A stretch of DNA of 32,000 nucleotides, from positions 90,001 to 122,000 of the forward strand of contig JAQTTP010000002.1 of the NCBI GenBank assembly GCA_028710695.1, read 5' to 3'. Below the pieces are notes generated by a model. That model saw nothing but the letters and a program-made list of their open reading frames with translations. It ran no database searches and was not told the DNA's origin. How positions within the stretch are numbered: position 1 is the first letter of the stretch; each line of letters begins with the position of its first letter. Both the position numbers and the translations under genes were made by a program. Source of the stretch: Candidatus Iainarchaeum sp. (GTDB lineage: Archaea > Iainarchaeota > Iainarchaeia > Iainarchaeales > 0-14-0-20-30-16). Positions 15,897 to 22,805 of this stretch are shown piece after piece.

Positions 15897-17577
15897 AATC
15901 CACTACTTTCTTGAATGCACTATAATCTACATATCCGCCAACTATTGCGTTGCCAACAATAAATGCTGGAGTCCCATTTAACCCCAAATTGGATGCGAAA
16001 TCAGCAATATTTGTCAATTCTAAGTTGTATGTAGTTCCATTGTAACAAGTGTCAAATTTAGTTAAATCTAATCCTACTTGTTGTGCAACATCCTTTACAA
16101 CATTAGCATCATACCCTTCTTCAGTAGTAATAAATATTTTTTCATGGTATTGCCAATACTTGCCTTGCTCCGCAGCACACATTGCTGCCAAAGATGCTAA
16201 ATGAGCTGTTGGGTGTAAATCAGCAATTGGGTGTTGTAGGTAGTAAAAGTTTACCTTTCCAGCATCAATATATTCGTTCTTAAGTTTTCCATAATTGTTT
16301 TTGTTGAATTCTCTACACCAAGGACATTGATAATCTGAAAATTCAATTATTGTTACTTTTGCATCTTTACTTCCTATTGAGTAGTCTTGTGACAAATTCT
16401 TTGCAAAGTCTGCCAAGTCAACTAAATAGTAGTAACCTTGAATTCCAACTGCTGCCATTGTCTGAGTCTTATATAGGCCCAATACGTTGTTATCTGTGTC
16501 TATATAAGGAGCAATATTTTCATAAAATGGACTTTCAGTAATTTGTCCTTCAAATACATATGCAGGAAGCATTTCTATGCCCAAGTCTGAAATAAGTTTT
16601 TTTCCAGCAACACTATCTGCATCAACTATTTCGTCAGTAATTGAATAGTAATAATCAAACACTTCAAAAGGATTTACATTTTGTTGCTCAAAATAGTCCA
16701 AACCAACTTTACCAATTATTTTTACAGTCATTGCTGGCTTTATTGGCTTTCCTAAATTTACATTCTGAACAACTGAATCTATAATGTCTAAAGCAAACTT
16801 CTCGCCGTCATAAACAAACATAGGGTCTAAGCTCATGAAACCATTCAAAGCAATTGTTTGGAACTGTGAGTCAACCATGTTTTTCTTGTCTTCTGATTTA
16901 TAACAAGCATCAAACTTTGTTTTGTCTAAGCCTAATTGAGTAACATAAGAGTTTATTTTTTCGTCAGTATAAATTCCAGGAAGCTGTTGTAGATAGTAGT
17001 ATTTACTAGAATAATATCCAACTGATGTTGCCCCATTGTGATCTTTGTTTGCATTTGTTAATAATAAATCGATCATTTCTTTTTCTTTTCCTTGATCTTT
17101 AGCACATAATTCTGCTATTTTTGCATTCTTTCCTTCTTTAAAATCAAATCCGCCCAAACTCTTTGAGCTTTCTATTCCACCATATAGTTCAAACTTTATA
17201 TCCACACCAGGATATTTTGCAACTAATGACTTATAATTCAAATCATAAAATGCTGCTGTGCTTGGAGACAGATAATCCCCATATAAAGTAAATATTACCT
17301 TATCTGAAACTATTTCTGTATTATTATCATCAGTTGGTTTTACTTCTTTATTTCCAAAAGCAAAAGCCAAACCAATTACTACAATTATTACTATTATTAA
17401 TCCAAGTATAAAGTATTGATTTGTAAAAATTTGTTTTAATTTGCTGCAATCACAGCTTTTACAACATTTTTTTGGTTCTTCAACAGTTTCTGCTGTTTTT
17501 GTATCTATTTTTTTTACGGGTTTTTCAGTCTTTTTTTCCACTTTCTTTACAACTTTACTTTTCTTCTTAACTACCAT
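15874..17577 (-). CDS. Membrane-anchored tandem DsbA/BdbD-like thiol:disulfide oxidoreductase (domain 1 degenerate, domain 2 CPWC)
   Basis: Lys-rich N-terminus, a CCKSCDCS cluster, then a TM (YFILGLIIVIIVVIGLAFAF). Domain 1 has YGDYLSPST where CxxC is expected. Domain 2 has FSDYQCPWCREF ... NGTPAFIVGN (cis-Pro loop). SD AAGGTGAT lies 3 nt upstream of the ATG. Confidence 0.7.
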   Translation of the reverse strand: MVVKKKSKVVKKVEKKTEKPVKKIDTKTAETVEEPKKCCKSCDCSKLKQIFTNQYFILGLIIVIIVVIGLAFAFGNKEVKPTDDNNTEIVSDKVIFTLYGDYLSPSTAAFYDLNYKSLVAKYPGVDIKFELYGGIESSKSLGGFDFKEGKNAKIAELCAKDQGKEKEMIDLLLTNANKDHNGATSVGYYSSKYYYLQQLPGIYTDEKINSYVTQLGLDKTKFDACYKSEDKKNMVDSQFQTIALNGFMSLDPMFVYDGEKFALDIIDSVVQNVNLGKPIKPAMTVKIIGKVGLDYFEQQNVNPFEVFDYYYSITDEIVDADSVAGKKLISDLGIEMLPAYVFEGQITESPFYENIAPYIDTDNNVLGLYKTQTMAAVGIQGYYYLVDLADFAKNLSQDYSIGSKDAKVTIIEFSDYQCPWCREFNKNNYGKLKNEYIDAGKVNFYYLQHPIADLHPTAHLASLAAMCAAEQGKYWQYHEKIFITTEEGYDANVVKDVAQQVGLDLTKFDTCYNGTTYNLELTNIADFASNLGLNGTPAFIVGNAIVGGYVDYSAFKKVVDYELSQSK

Positions 17578-17710
17578 AGAATCACCTTAGAATTAGTGTA
17601 TTTTATATAATAAAGAATAAATAATATAAAGTATTTGGTAAAAATGCAATGGGAAACCAGGCGTAAAATATATAAACCCACGCAAGTAGGTTTAAAAACC
17701 CGCCGAAATG

Positions 17711-17721
17711 TTTATATATAA
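17711..17721 (+). promoter_or_regulatory. TATA-like box (tttatatataa) in the divergent DsbA-like/TFB intergenic region
   Basis: The only strong TATA-like element upstream of tfb. It would give a ~40-nt leader carrying AGGAGTG (17774-17780). No TSS data are available. Confidence 0.35.
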
Positions 17722-17786
17722 CTTTCAATCCAAAGATATATGATTACTAATTATTTGTAATTCTAAAATCCTTAGGAGTGGTATTA

Positions 17787-18752
17787 ATGGTGGCTACCTG
17801 CCCGTCATGTAATTCAAAAAATATTAAAAAAGACAAAGACAAAGGAGAAGTTATTTGCTACGATTGTGGTAATGTTTTCGAGGACAACATAAATTTAGCA
17901 AAAGAATGGAGAACTTTCGATTCTAGCGAATACAACAAAAAAGCAAGATCAGGAAGCCCAATGCAGTATTCTAAACTAAATAAAGGTATTTCCACCATGA
18001 TTGAAATGGGTGGAAGAGATGCAAGAGGAAACAAGCTATCAAGCGACACAAAAGCACAGATGTACAGAATAGCAAGATGGCACAAGAGAACAACTGTTTC
18101 AAACTCCTTGCAGAGAAACCTTTCTATTGCTTTAACAGAGCTTAGGAGAATAGCGTCATACTTAAACATCCCTGAGCCACTAATAGAAAAAGCGGCTTTG
18201 CTTTACAGAAAGACTGTAGACAAGGAACTAATTAGAGGAAGATTGATTGAGTCCGTTGTTGCTGCTGTTCTTTATGCTGTTTGTAGAGAATCAAATGTTC
18301 CAAGAACTCTAAACGAAATGGCTGAAGCTTCAGGAATAAGCAAAAAGGATATTGGAAGAACATACAGGTTCTTAACTAAAGAGCTTGAATTAAATGTTCC
18401 TTTAACAAACCCAATATACTATATTCCAAGGTTCACTTCAGAACTTGGTTTAAGCGGAGAAGTCCAAGAAGAAGCAAGAAAGACTTTACAGAAAGCAATA
18501 GACCAAGGATTAATTTCTGGAAGAGGCCCAACTGGTGTAGCTGCTGCTGCAGTTTACATCGCTGCTTTGATTAAGGGAGAAAGAAGAACCCAGAAGCAAG
18601 TAGCAAATGTTGCAGGGGTAACAGAAGTTACAATTAGGAACAGATATAGAGAACTTAAAGAAAGATTGGGCTTAGAAGTCGAAGATGACTTCATAAACGT
18701 AGGCGGCCCAGATACAGAAATAGTAACTGATGAAAGCAAAAAGAAGCTATAA
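17787..18752 (+). CDS. tfb: Transcription initiation factor IIB (TFB)
   Basis: N-terminal Zn ribbon CPSCNS...CYDCG, followed by two cyclin-fold repeats (ALTELRRIASYLNIP..., YIPRFTSELGLSGEV...) and a C-terminal HTH (QKQVANVAGVTEVTIRNRYREL). I prefer ATG 17787 (SD AGGAGTG 6 nt upstream) over the track's GTG 17778. Confidence 0.95.
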   Translation: MVATCPSCNSKNIKKDKDKGEVICYDCGNVFEDNINLAKEWRTFDSSEYNKKARSGSPMQYSKLNKGISTMIEMGGRDARGNKLSSDTKAQMYRIARWHKRTTVSNSLQRNLSIALTELRRIASYLNIPEPLIEKAALLYRKTVDKELIRGRLIESVVAAVLYAVCRESNVPRTLNEMAEASGISKKDIGRTYRFLTKELELNVPLTNPIYYIPRFTSELGLSGEVQEEARKTLQKAIDQGLISGRGPTGVAAAAVYIAALIKGERRTQKQVANVAGVTEVTIRNRYRELKERLGLEVEDDFINVGGPDTEIVTDESKKKL

Positions 18753-18777
18753 AACTTCTTTTCTTTTTTTATTTTTT
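18741..18777 (+). terminator. Hairpin plus T-run downstream of tfb
   Basis: aagaag-ctataaaa-cttctt (6-bp stem spanning the stop codon) followed by ttcttttttt atttttt. Confidence 0.45.
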
Positions 18778-18789
18778 ATGCATAGAGGA

Positions 18790-19632
18790 TTATTTTGGCT
18801 TTCTTAAATGTTCTATCCAAACTCTAAACTTTGATTTTTTAGGGGGCTCTAACTTTTTTGCTAGTCTTTCGTGATCTTTTCTTAAACTTTCAAGAAGCCC
18901 AGAATCTGATAATCTTTTTAAATGGTCTCCAATTACAAATTTGTTTTCTTTTTTTAGCAATTTCAAAAGTCTTTGTCCAGCAAATATACTTAACTCTCTG
19001 CCAAATAATAACTGATTTGTTGCAACAAAATTTAACACATCCAAATTATTGAGAACGCCCACAGACCTCAATACAGATCTTTTTTTATTTGCGCCCTTCC
19101 ACCATATTGATTTTTTTGTTTCTTTCAAAAGGACCTCAGGGACATTTGGATTCAAACAAATAGCTATTTGAGTATCTAAACTTGCGTCATGTATCCGAGA
19201 AACTAGCCCATTTAAAATTTTTTCTTTGTTTTGAGGAGAAATAACTGTTTCTTGAGGATCAAATAACATTTTTTTTATGATGCTTGCACCATCTATATTT
19301 GCTATTTCTTTTGGATCAAGATTTGTTAATCTCGCAAATAATTGACTTTCGGCATAAAATACATAAACATCTGTATGGTTTGGGTTCTTTGCTTGTTCAT
19401 ACAAGGTAGCCAGGTCCATAAACTTAAGCCCCAATATTTCATCGGCATCATGTACATTTTTTATGACCCCACCTTCAGTTTTAATATGTATAGGTGGTAA
19501 TGGCCAATTATCTACCCTTATTATACCCCTATGATCAGTAAAAACTACTTTTTGTTTGCCAGAAACTGCCTTTATTCTTGCGTCAGGATATGTTTTCTTA
19601 AATTCTGCCCAGCCATCATCACGACGTTCCAT
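18790..19632 (-). CDS. Hypothetical protein; C-terminal half may contain LRV/HEAT-like helical repeats
   Basis: A 280-aa ORF with no competing frame. AICLNPNVPEVLLKE resembles the a-NPN-P-E-L leucine-rich-repeat-variant motif. I recognise no catalytic motif. Confidence 0.5.
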   Translation of the reverse strand: MERRDDGWAEFKKTYPDARIKAVSGKQKVVFTDHRGIIRVDNWPLPPIHIKTEGGVIKNVHDADEILGLKFMDLATLYEQAKNPNHTDVYVFYAESQLFARLTNLDPKEIANIDGASIIKKMLFDPQETVISPQNKEKILNGLVSRIHDASLDTQIAICLNPNVPEVLLKETKKSIWWKGANKKRSVLRSVGVLNNLDVLNFVATNQLLFGRELSIFAGQRLLKLLKKENKFVIGDHLKRLSDSGLLESLRKDHERLAKKLEPPKKSKFRVWIEHLRKPK

Positions 19633-19655
19633 CTATACCACAAACACAAATTAAT

Positions 19656-20093
19656 TTATTTTTTTCCACCAATCTGTCCAAGCATTATTATACCCATATA
19701 ACTCTTAATCATTTTCATATGGTCAAAACCAATTTCGTGTTTTCCTAAATCATCAATAGAAATCCAATCTATACTTTCAAAGTCATCTTCTTTTATTTGT
19801 TTTTTTCCACCAGACCAAACACAAATGTAGACCATACTTACATAATGCCCCCTGGGATCTCTTGTAGGATCATCATAAGCCCCCAAAGTAGCAATTACAT
19901 TAACATCATATCCTGTTTCTTCTTTTATTTCTCTTATTATTGCATTTCTTGTTGTTTCACCATATTCCACAAGTCCGCCTGGCAAAACATATTTTCCACT
20001 AAACGGATCTTTCTTTTTTTTCAAAAGTAAAATTTTGTTATTTTGCATAACAATACCGTCAACGCAAAGTATTGGTCTTTTTGTTTCAGTCAT
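19656..20093 (-). CDS. NUDIX hydrolase
   Basis: A complete Nudix box: GGLVEYGETTRNAIIREIKEETGY (Gx5Ex7REUxEExGU). Confidence 0.9.
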   Translation of the reverse strand: MTETKRPILCVDGIVMQNNKILLLKKKKDPFSGKYVLPGGLVEYGETTRNAIIREIKEETGYDVNVIATLGAYDDPTRDPRGHYVSMVYICVWSGGKKQIKEDDFESIDWISIDDLGKHEIGFDHMKMIKSYMGIIMLGQIGGKK

Positions 20094-20113
20094 TTTTTCA
20101 CGCTCCGCAGATA

Positions 20114-20545
20114 TTATCCAAACAAGATTTCACAATGAATAGGACAATTGCCCACATTTGGATTACAGGTAATTGTAACTTTAGTTTCCACATCATTCTG
20201 AGTAACTAATCCAGAGTCAATCTTCTTAAAAACAGACTTGTTAGAATTGAGGACGAGGCAGTCTTGTGTTAGCCCAGTCTCCTCTTCAAAATATTTAAAA
20301 GTGAAATAGGTCTCTTTAGGTATTATCACTTTATCAATAACGTATGGCTCTCCGGTTGGTGCCTTTACTGCATATTTTATATTGCTTACAAGAGATTCAT
20401 TTGAAAGATACACTTTCTGATTTTCTGTTTTCTCAATTAAAACAAGAATAATTCCAAGAATAACAGCCCCAATTACAGCACCGACAAGCAATTTAAAGAT
20501 AAAATCCTCTTGGCCTTTTTTGTTTCTTAAAAAGTCAAAGTTCAT
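20114..20545 (-). CDS. Putative archaeal type IV pilin-like protein (class III signal peptide)
   Basis: From ATG 20545 the N-terminus is MNFDFLRNKKG|QEDFIFKLLVGAVIGAVILGIILVLI. It has a short basic leader, a KG|Q cleavage-like site and a ~25-aa hydrophobic helix. The C-terminal domain carries 4 Cys. It lies directly downstream of the platform gene (TGA-C-ATG). The track start at 20554 is TTG. Confidence 0.45.
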   Translation of the reverse strand: MNFDFLRNKKGQEDFIFKLLVGAVIGAVILGIILVLIEKTENQKVYLSNESLVSNIKYAVKAPTGEPYVIDKVIIPKETYFTFKYFEEETGLTQDCLVLNSNKSVFKKIDSGLVTQNDVETKVTITCNPNVGNCPIHCEILFG

Positions 20546-20546
20546 G

Positions 20547-22805
20547 TCAACCAAACCCTGAAACCATCATTCCTGCTACTACAGAAGATATTATGAATAC
20601 CACCACCGCAATAGGAATTGTTTTTGCAATTAGTAATTTTGTTTGCAAAGAGTTATCTTCTAAAATCAAACTAACAAAGTAGGATAATATTATTACAATT
20701 AAAATTACATTTATAGTAATAATAATCATAAAGGCACCAGGAGTTGCAATGTTTCCAATTGCACTTGTGTTAAATGAAGTGGAAAGCTTTGAAAAGTCCA
20801 AACTTGACAAACCCTCCGGCATATTTTCCCCCATTTTTGACATCCCTTCTCCAAGCCCAGAAGAGGTTAAAGAATAAAGAGTCAACACAATTATTTTTTG
20901 TAGACTAACTGTGATTCCCAAAACAGCTGGCGCAATAAATGTTGCCATTGTTGCAAGCATTTCAGAAATATCAGAAATAACTTTTTTTATCAGCTGTTTA
21001 ATTTCTAAAACATTTTTTATCTGTATTGATATGGATATTGCTGTCTTTGATGCAGTATGTGGGCCCAACGTTACTGAATCCCCCATTATCTTTAAAGAAT
21101 TATTTAGTTGCATAGAGGGGTTGTGTTTCATAGAACCAAAAACAGGATCAAACATTGCTTGTTCTAATGGCAACCCAAGCAAATTAATATTATCCAAAGT
21201 TTTTGCAAATAAATCTTGACAAATAGTTAACTCAGGGAAAAAGTCTTTTGTCTTTTGCAAGGCATCTTCAATTGGCTTTCCTTCTGCCAACCTAGAAGCT
21301 AAAATGTACAAGACCTCCCTAAATTCATCTTCCATTTTCACATAATAATCTTGGATTTTCTTTTTGTAAATTGCAGAGAAATAAAAATACACAAATATGA
21401 TTAATGCAATAGTCAATGCCATTCCATAAATCACAAAGTAAGGGGTGGTATCATGCCCTGGCTGCATCATAAACAGCATCTTCTGAGCCCTAATTTCTCC
21501 AGCCAATGCTTCTGGATCACTTGCTACTTCTGCACCTTTATTAGCTAACAAAAAGTTCGTTGCTTGCAAAACAAAGTATGACTCTGGGTCTTTAACAAAC
21601 TCGTCTGGGAACTGCTCTGCTTGCATAACTTTTGCTAAAGTAGTTCCTAATGATAGTTGTAATAATACAGATAATACTATTCCAACAATAAAAATAATTG
21701 CGATTACAACTCTAATATCAATTTGTACTTTCCCAATTCTCATATTATTTTTCTTTGGAAGCCCAGGATAGGTATCTGGAATCACTGGAGGCTTATAGAT
21801 TCTTGGAACCTTTTTGATAATATAGAGTGCAAATATAAAACAGATTCCTGGAATTAAAATATCATAAAGTATAACTAAAACCCAAGGTTTAGCAAATGGC
21901 AAATTTGCAAACACAGACCCAATTGGAAGAATAACAATTAATAACAGAGGAAGTAAAACACCAACATAGAATAATACTAGTGATGGCTGTGACAAAGATC
22001 TTGCATACCCTTCCATTTTTATCTTTATAGAATCCAAAACAGAGCTTATACTTTTGTCCAACATATCTGCTCTTTTTTCTTCATCATCTTCAACCATAGA
22101 AGATTTTATTAGCATTATTGCTTCTTTAAATTCTGGAGAATAAACTTTCCATCTATAAGCCAATACTTCTAGCCCTTCTCCAATAGTATTATGTACTCCA
22201 ATATGGGTGTTCCACAATACTTTTTTCAAATCATCTGCAAGCTTTCCTTTTCCACGCAATGCAGCAAAATTCACTGCTTTCTCTAAGTTAGAGCTAAGCT
22301 TCATAGACATTGCCAAATAGCTTATTATTTCTGGAACGTAAGACAATGCTGCCCTTGCTTCCTGTTCTGCAGCAATTATTGGATACCGCATAAAAAAATA
22401 AATAATTCCCGTTGCAGCCCCACCAAACACTACTAACAAAATAATTATAATGTAAAAAGTTCCTAAAGAAGATGCTAACAAAGAACCAAGGATAAAATAT
22501 CCTATTATCATCAACACAATTGCAATAACTATTGAAAAAACAGTTACTGTTTTTATTCCCGCGTTCAGGTCTTCTGGTCTAATATTCCAACCTAAAAAAT
22601 CCAATGCCTCTTGATATTCTTTAGATATTTTACTATCTTTAAAATTAGGAAACTGCTTTGAAAATTTCTTACAAAGTGAAACATACCAGTTGTCTTTTTC
22701 AATTTGGGGCTTTTCTTCGTCCTCGAATTTTATTTCTTCCCCTTTTATTCCCTTGTACAACTTACCAAGATTAATTTCAGGCATGTTTAGATCACTTTCT
22801 GTCAT
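20547..22805 (-). CDS. Large TFF platform protein (FlaJ/TadC-like, two T2SSF-like domains fused, 752 aa)
   Basis: Many TMs. Two soluble helical domains with the T2SSF pattern (YVPEIISYLAMSMKLSSNLEKAVNFAA...; EFREVLYILASRLAEGKPIEDALQKT...). The start overlaps the ATPase stop by 14 nt. Confidence 0.7.
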   Translation of the reverse strand: MTESDLNMPEINLGKLYKGIKGEEIKFEDEEKPQIEKDNWYVSLCKKFSKQFPNFKDSKISKEYQEALDFLGWNIRPEDLNAGIKTVTVFSIVIAIVLMIIGYFILGSLLASSLGTFYIIIILLVVFGGAATGIIYFFMRYPIIAAEQEARAALSYVPEIISYLAMSMKLSSNLEKAVNFAALRGKGKLADDLKKVLWNTHIGVHNTIGEGLEVLAYRWKVYSPEFKEAIMLIKSSMVEDDEEKRADMLDKSISSVLDSIKIKMEGYARSLSQPSLVLFYVGVLLPLLLIVILPIGSVFANLPFAKPWVLVILYDILIPGICFIFALYIIKKVPRIYKPPVIPDTYPGLPKKNNMRIGKVQIDIRVVIAIIFIVGIVLSVLLQLSLGTTLAKVMQAEQFPDEFVKDPESYFVLQATNFLLANKGAEVASDPEALAGEIRAQKMLFMMQPGHDTTPYFVIYGMALTIALIIFVYFYFSAIYKKKIQDYYVKMEDEFREVLYILASRLAEGKPIEDALQKTKDFFPELTICQDLFAKTLDNINLLGLPLEQAMFDPVFGSMKHNPSMQLNNSLKIMGDSVTLGPHTASKTAISISIQIKNVLEIKQLIKKVISDISEMLATMATFIAPAVLGITVSLQKIIVLTLYSLTSSGLGEGMSKMGENMPEGLSSLDFSKLSTSFNTSAIGNIATPGAFMIIITINVILIVIILSYFVSLILEDNSLQTKLLIAKTIPIAVVVFIISSVVAGMMVSGFG

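Noticed and set aside
14482-16541. Plus-strand ORFs inside the ATPase and DsbA-like genes (14482-14718, 14908-15282, 15371-15583, 16350-16541)
   Set aside because: They are antisense shadows of genes with unambiguous Walker and CxxC motifs.
17858-18739. Minus-strand ORFs 17858-18169 and 18554-18739 within tfb
   Set aside because: TFB is unambiguous on the plus strand, and the antisense ORFs have no features.
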